From Eledone cirrhosa (Eukaryota), in contig OZ024743.1 of the NCBI GenBank assembly GCA_964016885.1, forward strand, positions 351,478,001-351,542,000: 64,000 bases of DNA, read 5' to 3'. Both the position numbers and the translations under genes were made by a program. Position 1 is the stretch's first letter, and the number at the start of each line of letters is the position of its first letter. Shown here in pieces: positions 1 through 13,992 of the stretch. Below the pieces are notes generated by a model that was not told where the DNA came from, searched no databases, and saw only the letters and a list, made by a program, of their open reading frames with translations.

Positions 1-2030
1 AGGGAGTATGAGATCCTGTAGTTGCTAGCGATATTGGCTCCGCATACAGGTCTTGTTGGTGGTCCTGTTGTCGGGTCGTCGACTGTCTTATGGTCTTTGC
101 GGAGCCCATACAAGGGCGGTATGTCATTGTTAGACGGTTGGAAGTTGTTGGCAGTGCGTCTGCTTGGCTTTAGGATGTCGGTCCACATCATCATGCGAGC
201 GTTGAAGATCTCTCTCCCCACAATTAGTTGTGTAATTTCGCTCGTGTTGGTGATGTGGGGTTGCATAGCCTTGATATAGTGCGGCATGATGTCTATTAAC
301 ATCCTACCAGACTTATCCGTGGGTAGACATACTACCTCACCATCCGTTGTGCGCTGCTTGAGGCTAACCAAGCCTTCTACAGGTTTCCTCCCTAGTTGTT
401 GGACCTCTGGTCTGCTCTGTCTCTTAGTATACCGGTCTACTATTTGTCTAATCTTATTTCTAGCTATGGTGAACTGTGCCTCTGTCTTGTCATCTATTTG
501 TTGTGGTATACAAACCCTTTTATTAAAGGGTAACCTCGTAGGATAAATTTTACTCATCTTATATGTTTTGTCAGCTGGGTTGAAGAATAGTTTCTCTAAG
601 GGGTTGTCATTATATCTATCGTCATAGTTGTGTGTGTTGCTATTATTGTTATTATGGTTGTTGTTGTTCCTACCATTAACATGATTATTTATTGTTATGA
701 TTGCTAGATGTATTGTTGTTATGATTGTTAGATGTATTGTTGTTGTTTTCTCTATTGTTAGTGTTGTTGTTACTGTTATTTCTACCATTGTGGTTGTTAC
801 TTTTATTATTATGTTTCTTGTTTTTGTTGTTGTTGTTTTTATGTCAATTATTAATGTTGCTACTCGTATTATTTCCATTATTACTACTGTGGTTGTTGTT
901 GTTGTTGTTGTGTCTATCATTAATGTTGCTACTCGTATTATTTCCATTATTACCACTGTGGTTGTTGTTGTTGTTGTGCCTGTGATTAATGTTGCCATTA
1001 TTATTATTGTGGTTGTTGTTGTTGTTCTGTCCGTCGTTAATATTACTACCATTATTATTACTACTATTTCTCACACTCCTGCTATTGTCATTGTTATGAC
1101 TATTACTATTATAGCTGTTATTTTTATCGACCCCGTAAGGATGAAAGGCAAAGTTAACCCCCGCCGAGGTTAACTTTGCCTTTCATCCTTACGGGGTCGA
1201 TAAAATAAAGAAGTACCAGTAATACACTGGGGTAATAGCTGGCCTTGTGCCAAAAAGTAGAAACAACTATTATAGCTGTTATTTCTATACTCAGAGTTGT
1301 TGTCCGTATAGTTGTTGTTTATTTTCGCATTCCAGCGTATTTTTGGGAAACACTTTTCCAGCTCCGTTTTACACTCGATTGGATTTATCTTTTTGTAGAC
1401 AGCAAATTTCGGTGGAGGCTGTAGAGTCTGTTGTTCTTGTTCCTTGATTAAAGTGTTCCCATAAATATTTATTGTATGGTCTTTGGTAAATTCTGCCGGT
1501 AATGCTATGTCTGTCATACGGATATTGTTGATGTTATCTGGGTATTTTTGTAAATTTTCTATTTTCCTTTCTTCTTGTTTTTTCTTCTTCATCCATCCTA
1601 ATTTCTTATTGAAATGCCTATTGCATTCGTTTTGAGCATATTTTGTTTCACGTCGAATGATGCCCATGAGTTCATCTATCTCGTTTGGTGTGGTGAGATT
1701 TTGAACTTCCTTAACGTTAACGCGTTTCTGTTTGTAAAGTTCGTTAACTTTTGTATGTTATTCTTTTCATATTGACTGTTAATGTGTGTTTTAGTCGTTC
1801 AGCTTTGTTTGTTGTGTATATTTTGAAGGAAACACAGTGTTTTAAGAAGCGAATTTGTTCTGTTGTTATTGTAGTTTTTATATAACAGAAAACAGCGTCT
1901 TTCAATAACCTTTCAGCTTGGCACAAGTTAATGCCATGACGGCGATGAATTTGTTTTGCGAAGTTTTTTATATGAAATCGTGTGTCGAAACAAATATTGT
2001 TATACTTGGGGAGGGTAATATTGTTGTAAT
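1..2030 (-). mobile_element. Degenerate Penelope-like element, N-terminal ORF region with Asn-rich low-complexity linker
   Basis: Minus-strand frames give PKFAV...KTELEKCFPKIRW and VCLPTDKSGR, typical of the PLE pre-RT region; interrupted by a SINE at 1122-1265. Confidence 0.65.
1122..1265 (+). mobile_element. 5'-truncated SINE with inverted duplicate of its core
   Basis: Matches the 3' half of the SINE at 34867; 19-bp direct repeat ACTATTATAGCTGTTATTT at 1105-1123 and 1266-1284. Confidence 0.85.
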
Positions 2031-2099
2031 AATATTGGGAAAGGAGACTCAAAGATCTCCTTGATGAGAGCTCCATAGACCTCATCATGTACTCTCATA

Positions 2100-2460
2100 A
2101 TGTCTTAGTCTTAGATTCTTCCGCGCCGTTCGGCGCATCGAGCAGTAAGTACTCGCCAACGGTCACGATCAGCGGCAACTTTTTCGAGACCGTGCCAGGT
2201 GTTGTTGGCTGCCATCAGGTCCTTCCGGGACGTTCGTCGCCAGGTGATCCTTCGGCAACCCCGCCTCTGTTTACTGCCAGGCGGAGTCCAGTTCATCGCT
2301 GTTTTCGAATGCCGTGCATTTGGCAGACGCAGAATATGGCCAGCCAGACGGCACCGACGCTCCGTGACCACTCTCTGTAGCGTCCACGACTCGGCTCTCC
2401 ACAGGATCTCCTCGTTTCTCACTCGGTCGCGCCAGGACACACGAAGGATCTTTCGCAGGC
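2100..2460 (-). mobile_element. RTE-clade LINE 3' fragment
   Basis: WRDRVRNEEIL...LAGHILR...AMNWTPPGSKQRRG...WRRT...DRDRWR is the characteristic RTE ORF2 C-terminus; short (CTAAGA) repeat tail. Confidence 0.8.
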
Positions 2461-2469
2461 ACTATTAAT

Positions 2470-3100
2470 ATAGTAATAAGGACACCCCCACAAGAAAGTA
2501 CTAACAGGTATGATTTAGAATGTAGCCCAATGGAAAGCATCTAGCAGATAGCTAATTCCATACACCAGAGTATAACTGTAACTATCGACTACCCTTCCAA
2601 ACACCCTAACAGTAGACTACCTGTATTAGACACGGAACTCTGGATTAACACTATAGATGAGAGGGCCCAAATTCTTGACTCACACTACGCTAAACCCATG
2701 GCCTCCAAATACCTGATACTCAAAAACTCAGCAATGTCCAGTAGTGCTAAGTTTAATATTCTGATCGCAGACTTGGTACGAGTGATGAAGAACATGTCCC
2801 GCATGTGCGACCCAACAGAAATGGAAAGACACATCCAACACTTCATCAAGCGGATGCAGTTCTCTGGCTACAACCAAAGAGATAGAATTAGAGTATACAA
2901 AGGAGCCACAGAGAAGTATAGACCCTTATAGAACTGGACATGAAAGGAATTTGCCCATTATACAGGAGCAAATCATGGAATAGCTTAGATAGGATTAAAC
3001 ATAAGATAGGGAAAGCCACCTCATGGTACGACAACCAGAGATACCAGAGTGTCATGTTTGTGGGCGCTACCCCTGGAGGGAAATTAGCTAACCAGTGTAG
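2470..3100 (+). mobile_element. Penelope-like element RT C-terminal/thumb fragment
   Basis: LPVLDTELW...YAKPMASKYLILKNSAMS...LVRVMKN...RMQFSGY. Confidence 0.75.
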
Positions 3101-3499
3101 AAAGGGGTGGGTGGAAGGAGAGAGAGGGGATAGAAAGTTTGGGCGGGGAGCAAGAAAATCAGAGTCCGGGCAGGGATGGCGGCAGGTAAGGTGTGTGTAT
3201 ATGTACGGATGTGAGTGTGTGTGTGTGTGTATGTGTGTGTGTGTGGATGGAAGTATGAGAATCTGAAAGGAAGCGAGTGTATGTGAATGTACGTTTTAAA
3301 AAGACATTGTGTATCTGTTGGAGTGGTGTATTTGTCTGTGCGTGTATAGTCCTTGTATGGGTGTTGGTGTGTATGTGTGTGGATGGAGGGAGCCGGATGG
3401 AATGAGAACGCGTCAAATCCGGAGCCATGTGTGTGTGTGGTTGAAAAAAATTGCGTGGTATGTCTACGGGTGATATGGGTTAGTGTAAGGTGCGTAGTT

Positions 3500-3740
3500 G
3501 CGTGTGTGAAAATAGTGGCAACTCAAAGACACGAACATTGACTTTTGCATCAAAGGGAAGATACTGGGAAAATCTCGATCATATATAAATGGGCTCAAAG
3601 CCTGCAAATTATGCAATGACAAGAAATGGTGGATATTGAATAATCTCCACAACAACAACAAACCGCTTAACACAAGGACAGAATTTTTCTCGCGATGTCC
3701 TCACATTTCTAAACATCTTTTAAAAAATTGGTCTCCTTAG
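3500..3740 (+). mobile_element. PLE GIY-YIG endonuclease C-terminal remnant
   Basis: Translates as ACKLCNDKK...LNTRTEFFSRCPH, the same CxxC...LNxRxE...CxH tail as ORF 52001..53101. Confidence 0.7.
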
Positions 3741-4146
3741 TATTTAATATTGGTTTTTATTTGTTTCTCCCCCAAATTATATTTTATTTTATTGATAAAT
3801 TTCTAGTCCTCTCTAATCTAGGTAGCGTTTGTTCGTATTTTCGGTCAAATTGTCCCCCCATCCTAGACCAATAAAATCATTACCTGCCCCTGTTTAGAGC
3901 TCTCTTCATTTTCCTTGTTTTCTTTTTTTTCTGAGTAAACATTAACCGGTTCGTTTTCATCGGCACAGGTTGAACAAGTTGTTCCTCCGGACTAACAAAA
4001 CATACGTACCTGGTATGGTGGCGCTGTAGTAACTGGCCTTAATAATTGTGTGTGTAAGCACGCATGCATGTATATATTAATATCTTCTAATGATTATAAT
4101 AATGGTTTCTTATATAGGCACAAGGCCTATATAATGATTATAATAA

Positions 4147-4335
4147 TTGTTTCTACTTTTGGCACAAGGCCAGCAATTATCCCAGTGTATTACTGGTACT
4201 TTATTTTATCGACCCCGTAAGGATGAAAGGCAAAGTTAACCTCGGCGGGATTTGAACTCAGAACCATAAAGGGCCGTAACTCTTTGCTGAAAAGCATGGC
4301 GTCCGACCCTCTACCGATACTGCCAATCCACCGAA
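4147..4335 (-). mobile_element. tRNA-derived SINE (family A)
   Basis: Reverse complement of the SINE at 34867. Confidence 0.9.
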
Positions 4336-5994
4336 TTATAATAATGAATGACAAGAATGAGGAAGACAAAAAGGCCCTTACCATAAACCCAGACAATTCC
4401 AATAAGTTCAATGAACAATACCAACAGGAGAGAAAGATTACTACAATACCAGTCCATCAACTGTAAGACATACAGTCCTCCCTGAAAATATATAGGAATA
4501 AATTAGAGCAGAAAAGACGAGCATCTAGTAAATATCTAAGTAGAAGTAGTGCATGACTAACCAGCTCCAGGCCACAGAGGTTACTGAGTAGAGGTAGATA
4601 ATACAATGAAAGAATGCAGATGTGTCTGTGTGTTGGCGAACGGCTCTATACAAATCCATCAGGTGGCCTTATATTTTGATATGCTGCCTATGATATTTGT
4701 ATGAATTGCAGAAGCGCCCCCACCCCCCAGATGTGTGTAAAGCACTGCAATGTGAATCCCATCTGAGTCTTGTAGAGAATTATTATTGTTGAGAGATTAA
4801 TGTATTTTCTAGCTCTAAACAGGCAGCATTTGCTATGTTGAGGATGTGTATCCACCGGTTGAGTTTCTTAGTGATGGTAAGTCTATAATTTAAAGACAGA
4901 TGAAATAGCGAAGCTGAAACTTCGAAGTTACTTCCATTTTCTAATTAGAAAATAAATTTACCCTCTACTCAATCAATTAATGTTTTAGATACTACATTAT
5001 TTCAAATACAGATTCTATTAGTTACAGCGACTTTGTGTATTCTAGTCGCATGTTTTTCGTGCAGTTTAGTAGTTTGGCTCCAGTAAAATGACGACTGAAT
5101 GGTTAAATTAATGAATGGTACCGTTTGAATTGATTTTTTTGCAACTATCAAAGCCATGATTTCAGTTTACTTAACTGGCTATAACGTGTGGGGAATTTTG
5201 GGAGAACTATCTTCAATGTATTAGTGTTTTAAATAGGAAAACAATTTGTCTCACGTCTCTCTTCCAGAGTTTGGAATCGATCAGTCTACCTGTAAACATC
5301 TGTTGTTCACGAAATAAATTTACAGGGAGGTGGGGAGAGAACGTTGGAGAGTTTGTAAAAGAAAGAACACAGTATACTAAGAAGGAGGTTATGAAATTAA
5401 GAAATTCAATTCCCAACTGTGATGTTTCGGATTAATTACACTGAGTGACGCCTTCAGCAAACATTTTCTACTATAGCATCAGTTCAGTAAAAGTATTGAT
5501 AGTGAGATTTTGGAGACGAAATCTGTGCAAGTCCTTATGAGGGACTTTTCCTGTTCCTGTGTGATAAGTTTACTTCGTCGCCCTGTTTAATACAACTACG
5601 TAGTCTTTTGGGTGATTTTAGCGAAGTCAACTCTGTTGCAAACATCTCAGTCAGAGTTCCCTACTTCCCAGCAGTCTTGGTGGCTTTGAAAAGGATCAAG
5701 GACGCAGCCCTTCCTCCCCGTGACTAAGCTACGAAAAGAAGAAAAGAAGAAAGCTAAAGACAAAAAAAGAAGACTGTGATACAAGGAAATTGTATACGTA
5801 GGAAGCTATGGAATAATGATATATATGTAAGGACCTATAACCTTTGGTGGAACACCGTAGGAACGCCGTAGTTACATAAAACTCTTGAGCATTTTAAACC
5901 TAGCGGAGCCCATCACCTCTCTAGGTCTGAATACAACCAATTTCGTTCAGAGGAGAGAAAGAGTGATAGAGAGGAAGTAAGAAAGGGATACAGA

Positions 5995-6215
5995 GGAATA
6001 ATTGAACCCAGTACTGAATTGATACATGTTTATCGACCTCGAAAGGGTGAAAATCAAAGTTGACCGTAACGTGTTTTGAACTCAGGGTGCAGAGTGCCAG
6101 AACGAATACTGCAAAGCATTTTATCCAACGTTCCAAAAAATCTGCCAACTCGCTGCCTATATATGGAATAATGATTTTTAATTTAAACACAAGGCCAGCA
6201 ATTCGGGGTAGAGGA
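5995..6215 (-). mobile_element. Diverged SINE related to family A
   Basis: Retains core TTTCACCCTTTCGAGGTCGATAAA and 3' GCTGGCCTTGTG. Confidence 0.65.
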
Positions 6216-6336
6216 TAAGAATAAGTCAATTATATGAGAATTTGTTCAGCTACAAAATGATTTAGGGAAAAGGGGTTAATCCTTTCAATTATGTAACCCA
6301 GTACCGTCTCTTATTTACCTTACTGGGGTCTCTTAC

Positions 6337-6468
6337 CTCAGTAATACAGGAGATTCCAAAAATGAAACCAAGTATACAGACAACTCCAGTTATAATAGTC
6401 TTGTGATTACCAAATTTCTCCGGATAAGCATCTGTAATTGCAGTAACGATCACTTGAACATGACCAAA
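6337..6468 (-). CDS. SLC6 coding exon 9 (TM8 end-TM9)
   Basis: [44 protein letters not shown]; AG/GTAAG; within ORF 6289..6495. Confidence 0.92.
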
Positions 6469-9400
6469 CTGAAACGAAAATGTGATAATTAACATTTTGG
6501 CAATTTTGTGTTATGAACTTAAACCAGTAAGCAATGGAGGGCATGTTGCATTATATCAACATGAGTATATTATTAGTTCTTACTTTAACTATCCAGAATG
6601 GTCTAAGTCGATCACGGTAGGTTATGTACTCAGAACATAAATCGACGAAACAAAAACCTACAAGGAATTTTATCAGACAATCTGGAGGTCCCTCCCTAAT
6701 TTATTATAGAAGCGGGAAATGATGTGTGCTGCAACCTCTAAATCCCTCTTTGGTGCAATTGTAACTCGTGCTAAATTAATTAACTATAAACAGGTATTGA
6801 AAGCGAATTATAATCACATACCAAGGGTTTAGCTATAATCTACAACACTACCTAAAAGCTAGTTTATTACTTGAAATAAGTTATTAATGTAATTTTTATT
6901 GTTTCTTAACCACAGGTCACACTGATCGAACATGCCTATGATCAAAGGTTTTCTAGCATCAAATAAGTTGCATAGAAATAACTTGTATCTCAATATGCTC
7001 AAAATATCGTCTATGCAACATTTGAAATGCCAATAATGTTCTCCATTATCGATTAAACATTTTCAGAGAAATATATACATATTACATATAAACAAATTTG
7101 CTCTTTTTTGCTTTCTTAGATTACAATAAGTATAGATAGGGAGAGTATAAAAGCTGACAAAATATTTGGGTTTTCTAAAAAACAAAAATCTATTTGTTTG
7201 CGTTCATTATTGAAGGAAAAATTAAATTATTATGGAGGAAGAAATGGGAAAAGATTGGCAAAAAGAAGTTCAGGCCGGAAATTATACCAAATCAATCACC
7301 TACGAGATTTTTAAATATTTTTTAATAACCCTTGCACTGAAAATACTTGCCTGACTATCTAAGCCGATTAATACTAACATTGTGAAAAACATCACTGCCC
7401 AAATTTGGGGAAAGGGGAAAGTTGAAAGTGCTTGTGGGTAGACAATAAAGATGATCCCTGGACCTGAGAAAATGAAGGGAAAAAAACAATAGTTAAATCA
7501 CTGAAACGTTTATTCTGTAAATTGATATTCAGTCTTACATACGCGGACATATGAGATATCCCATTGTCACAATAGTTATAACATATCCAAATTTATCTTT
7601 AGATACCACATTCCCCACAATGGATAAATAGTCAATTTACGTTTCTAGAATATTATAGCTTGTTAGATTTACCACATGAGATACACGGTAAATATATCTT
7701 AAAATATCAAACTACATAAATTTCGAAAATGACCTAAGGATATCATATGAGATGTGAAATTTACCTCAGGATGTCATATTAGATTATGTCTAATTTACTT
7801 TCAGATTCAATGTCACATTAGATACATGCTCAATATATCTTTAGATAGCACCCTTCTGTCATTAGCTATACCATGGGAAATTTACCTTGAAGTATCAAAT
7901 CAACAACAAAAATATTGCCATATTAAATATAACATGGAAATTTACCTTTCGCTATCACATTATCAATATCTGTTTCACCAATGTAAGCCATATATCCTAG
8001 GATACTAAATGATACCAACCCAGACAATATGCTGGTGGCTCCATCTATTATTGACAAAGTAACAGCATCTCTGTAAGGAATAGGAAAAATTATAATCATA
8101 AAATGTTATTTATTTGAATAATAATTCTGGAGACAGTGTTAAACAGAGACGAAGAATATATAGAGTGTGTAAAATAATGAATGGTGGTGGCAGCAACGCT
8201 GAAATTGTGTTTTCTAATCTCCCGTCTTTATGGAAAGTAGTGGATGGTGTGTGTATGAGAGAGGGGTGTAAAAGAAGAATGATTACTTCTTAAAACGTCG
8301 GCCATACGTTGAAAAGAGGGTAGTCAAGTCTGTGTGCGAGAGAGACATACAGAAAGGAAGAGATTTTATTTTGGGAGTTTCAATCCTTAAATTTATTCGA
8401 TTTATTTTGTTGCGCTGTATATTCATGTGTAAACATTTAAAATGTCATGGCGCTCTTTAATACTAGGTGGAATTTCCATGGTGTCAGCTAATAGTGATGG
8501 AATTATGAAAAGCTTGCCTCTGACAGTTGTTATGGAAGTCGTTATAACTTGCTAACGTTGCTAGTGCACCCACACCGACTCCAATTGAGTAAAGTATTTG
8601 TAAGGCAGCGTCCTTCCAAACCTTGAAAAAAGAGAAACATTTTCAATTATCATATTTACAATTGATTTCTAACATAGAAGCCCTCAAAATTGGAGACGAG
8701 GTGTAATCGAGTTTTGTTGGTGCTTTGTTTTATTGTCCCCAGAGGGTTGAAGAGCAAAGTCTACTTCAGTTATATTTGAACTTAAGATACAAAGAATTGT
8801 ATTTAAATACTGCAAGTTTTTTTATCCGACGCTCTACACATTCTATCACATACACCACCATCGTTTATTGTAAATATTGAAATTAATTTCTTTATTATTA
8901 TCATCAAAAGTAAATAAAATATCTACTTGGCGGAGGACCAAAACCCGGGTCTGAATCAAATGGTAACTCGGTGTGAGATTATTTGTAGACTCTGATACAA
9001 AGACTGAGTATGAGATTGACATCATGGTGTCTTGTCCAGGCTAACAGGAGGAATCGAAAACAGTGCAATAAATTTGGTACAAGTCATCTAGACCTATGTC
9101 CAAAGTAGTTCCATTCGTAACCATCCTATTTTCAAACATAATACACCTAGAAAAACACAATCCCAGACCTGTCAACTCTCCCCGTCCGATGGAGAGATCT
9201 CTCACCCACTTTAAGATTGGTGAAAGATGTCTTCTCTTGTGAAAATGCTCCGATTTGGGGCACTTTTTTCATGGTACTCCCCGTTTGGATTTTTAGAGGT
9301 TGGCAGGTCTGCAATCCAATGTGTCCTTCATATTTTTAAAGGGTTGGTGTGACTTAAGGGATATTTAGCCGCTATTCTTACTTACCGACAGACTTTTTAC

Positions 9401-10974
9401 TTTTTCCCAGTTTGGCTTCACGAAGTAATATATTCCATCAATTGATCCAGGTAATGTTACACACTTTATTAGCAGGATAATGAGAAATAAATACGGTAAG
9501 GTGGCAGCAACATATACAACCTGTACATAGATATAAAATTAGAATAATCAAACTGTATTCATGCATGTATGTATAAACTAGCATAATACCAGCAGAACTG
9601 ACGGGGTGTTTAGTAACAAAAAGTATTAAATCTAATAATTCCTCGATTACAACATTCCCTCAGTTTTCCTTGACCTTATTGATCTCATCACTACCACTCT
9701 ACCACTGCTATTACTACTATCCCTGATACCATTATCTATCTATCGGTCACCACCACTAAATGATAAAAGATCGTTAATAGAAGTAAAGGGAGGCGTTAAA
9801 TCATTTTATGCCAGGTCATTTTTATTGCTTTCTCCTACGAAATCTTCGCTTTCAGTCAGTGCCGCGGCCACCATTATCATCATCAACCTTACTACTAATA
9901 CGACCTGTCTTTCATACATCTACGTTCTATTGTCTTACAAATGCCTGTGTCAATTCTTCTTCTTCTTCTTCTTCTTCATCGTCGTCGTTGCCGTTGTCGG
10001 CTTCTTTCTTCATAGCAATATTCACAGTAGCAGCAGCAAAAGCAGCAGTTGTTGTTGTTGTTGTTCCTATTGCACCAAGTGATTGCCATTTTATTATTAA
10101 GAGCGCTGGATTGGCAGTATCGGTAGAACGTCAGAGACCATGCTTTGCAGCATAGAGTTATGGCCCTTTACGTTCTGACTTCAAATCCTTTCATCTTTAC
10201 GGGGTCGATAAAATAAAGTACCAGTAATTCACTGGAGAAAATTGCTGGCCTTGTGCCAAAAGTAGAAACAATTATTATAATACTAGTAGATTCGTACCGT
10301 TAATAATGACTGCAATAGCGTTGAAGGTCTTTAAATTTTGAAGTCCAGAGTTGGTATGCCATGCCATATATACCAAAATGAGCAGATATATAAACAACTA
10401 TACAAAGAGGTAAATTTCACTTTAATAAAGTAATGGTTTGCATAAGAGAAATCCTATAGTATATGATAATTACTGACATCTGGATGTCATTGAAGATAAG
10501 AATATTTTACTAACGTATTTCTGAGATATAATTGCATATATGTTCAAATGACATACAGGATTAAAAGTATGGGTAACTTTACAGGGACAATTGTAGGGTT
10601 ATAACCCAGGATCTTGTGGCTGGGAAGCAACATGATTGTGACAGGAAATGTAGTGAGTGTTATGTGTACGTGTGTGTGTGTGTGCGTGTGAGTATGTGTG
10701 TGTGCGTGTGTATGTAAATTTTAAGAATTTAAGCGCCGAAACATCTATGATCTGCAGTTAACAGCTGAAGGGGTTCTTCTCTTGTTTCGTCCATATTACC
10801 ATCTTAAACTTTGTTTACAGTAACCACACAGCCGCTTCGTTTCTTGTAATTTTGTATTAACTGCTGTGACACCCCCTCCCCCTCTACCTGTTTTGCTCGA
10901 TTTGTGGTCCCACCACGCTTTTATATCGACTGTCTCCTTCTCTCTCTCCTTTTTTTTCTCTCTCTCGTTCTCCC

Positions 10975-11039
<65 letters not shown>

Positions 11040-11240
11040 CATCTGCTCATTTTCGATCGTTTACGACATGTTCCACACATGTCATAAAACTCTTTTGGTT
11101 TCGATCGTTTACGACATATTTCCCACATGTCGTAAAACTCTTTTGCATTATCTCCCTTTCCCTTCTCCCTCTCACTTCTGGTTGCTCCGTCTCTCTCCCT
11201 CTTTCTACCTTCACTCTGCCGAGATTGAACGGAACTACCA

Positions 11241-11309
<69 letters not shown>

Positions 11310-13931
11310 AGGTGAGTTTTATTGTAGTACAATAAAACAATGCAGATATCGGATAAGTAGCACTCTACAGTTTGTAGGACTGGAGTGTAAATAATATAAG
11401 ATCAAAAGATGGTTAAAAGAGTTCCATGTATTTTATTATGCGCATTTCAAAAACAAATATCATCATGAGATGACATTTGCGTTTTCGTCAGATAAAATAG
11501 GGAGACATATGAAGGTTAAAAAACACTTGTGAATAGTGCAGTTTTAAATCAACATATGAAAAGTAATTTAAGATTGATGTGTGATATTGGAGAAAAAATG
11601 AGAGGGGGGGATGAAAAAGAGGAGGAGATGAGAGTAAAGAATGATGTGGGAGGAGTATAATAAGGAAGGATGAGATAGGAGGAGAGATGGGTGATAGAAA
11701 GGGAGAGATAGCCTTTATAACTGAGAAAAAATATATTGTTTCACAGAGAGAGGTTAAAAAGCCGTTAGAAGATAATATATAATTTAAAAGAATTTGAAAA
11801 TTTATGAAGAGAAAAAAATTAATGAAGAGAAAAAAATTAATGAAGAGAAAAAAATTAAGAATAATATTAAATTAAGGTTTGTATATTGAAGGGTTTAATA
11901 ATATGTGCGATGAAAAGACATTGTTAATATGTATTATTAAAATAAAAATATTAATGTTATTAAGGATATAATTTGAAAAGAAGTAGAAGAGTGGATGAAT
12001 TATGAATTTAGAGGAATTAGTTAGTGTTTAGGTTTGTTTTTATGTAATGTAATATGTATGCGTAATGTAATATGTATGCGTAATGTAATATGTATGCGTA
12101 ATGTTCTTAATACCAATCTAAATCAGGAAACTATCATTCCTATCGTAAATAACTTCTCCAACCCAATTCCTCCTATAGATAACACTAGTTCACTTGTTAA
12201 TAACTCTGTTAATTTCTCTAATCGCAATTGTAATTGCCCTGTTAAAAATAAATGTCCTCTCAACAACCATTGTCTTGAAAAAAACTTAATCTATGAATGT
12301 AAAGTTATAAATGATACCAATTCCTTTACCTATTTTGGCTCCACTTCCACCTCCTTTAAAGCCCGTCTTTATAATCACAATTCTTCTTTTAAATACCAAC
12401 TTAAAAGAACCAACACAGCACTCTCAAAACTCATATGGTCCTTGAAAGACAACAATGTTAACTATAACATCTCTTGGAAGAAAGTTTGTTCTGCCTCTCC
12501 CTACTTGAATGCCTCCCTATCCAGAACATGTAATCTTTGTTTATGTGAGAAATTTACTATTATATCTAATTTAGATTCTATAATAAATAGACGCACTGAC
12601 TTATTTTCTCTCTGCTTGCATAAATTCCACAGAACATTCCATAAAGTATACAGCTAATATCTAATACTTTACCAGTTTAAAATCCTTTTTCTCAAAGGCT
12701 TATATATATATTTCTTTAAAAATATACCCATCTTTCTACCTTATTTCAATGTTATTTATTATACATTATATAATACTAGTTACTCATTCTATATCATTCC
12801 TATTTATCACTTCCCTTTCTTCCTCTTTTCTTTTAATTTCTAACCTCTAATCTGTACTTTTTCTTCCTAGATACTTCTCAATTCTTATTATTACTCACCA
12901 CAATATAACCACTCTTCCTTCTTCCTTCATATCATTGGCCATAAAACTTATTATTACCTTTTAAATACTTTATAGTATTATCTTTAAAAATCCTTCGTAA
13001 ACATAAACATTTTTTGACGTTAGATTATTCCTCCTCAGTTCATGATATTTTTCTCCCTTTCATGCTCGTCTAACTTTTACATATTACATATCACAATACA
13101 TAAAAACAAACTTAAACCCTAACTAATCTCCTCTATTACATTATATTATTACCATTAGGAAATACTTCATAAACATATATATTTTGATGTTAGAGTCTTC
13201 TCTTCCTTAAACACTATTTTCTTCTTTGCTCTCTGCGTTCATTTGTAAACAAACTATTTACATATATTACGCATACATATTACATTACATAAAAACAAAC
13301 CTAAACACTAACTAATTCCTCTAAATTCATAATTCATCCACTCTTCTACTTCTTTTCACATTATATCCTTAATAACATTAATATTTTTATTTTAATAATA
13401 CATATTAACAATTTCTTTTCATCGCACATATTATTAAACCCTTCAATATACAAACCTTAATTTAATATTATTCAAAATTTTTTTCTCTTCATTAATTTTT
13501 TTCTCTTCATCAATTTTCAAATTCTTTTAAATTATATATTATCTTCCAACAGCTTTTTAACCTCTCTCTGTGAAACAATATATTTTTTTCTTAGTTATAA
13601 AGGCTATCTCTCTCTTTCTATCACCCATCTCTCCTCCTATCTCATCCTTCCCTATTATACTCCACCCCCACCATCCTTTACTCTCATCTCCTCCTCTTTT
13701 TCATCCTTTCCACCCCACCCCACCCTCATTTTTTTCCCAATATCACACATCAATCTTAAATTACTTTTCATATGTTGATTTAAAACTGCACTATTCACAA
13801 GTGTTTTTTAACCTTCATATCATGTCTCCCTATTTTATCTGACGAAAACGCAAATGTCATCTCATGATGATATTTGTTTTTGAAATGCGCATAATAAAAT
13901 ACATGGAACTCTTTTAACCATCTTTTGATCT

Positions 13932-13992
<61 letters not shown>

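Larger units (their letters stand above)
11391..13939 (+). mobile_element. 5'-truncated Penelope-like element: GIY-YIG domain plus pLTR, with ~680-bp inverted pLTR copy
   Basis: ORF 12034..12657 has [37 protein letters not shown]; 11391-12066 is the reverse complement of 13263-13939. Confidence 0.9.

Noticed and set aside
697-1173. Long hydrophobic ORFs (V/I/L-rich)
   Set aside because: Translations of TTG/ATT low-complexity sequence, antisense to an Asn-rich PLE linker.
4400-6300. Further SLC6 exons (TM10-12)
   Set aside because: No convincing exon found; the region looks like decayed LINE/SINE sequence.
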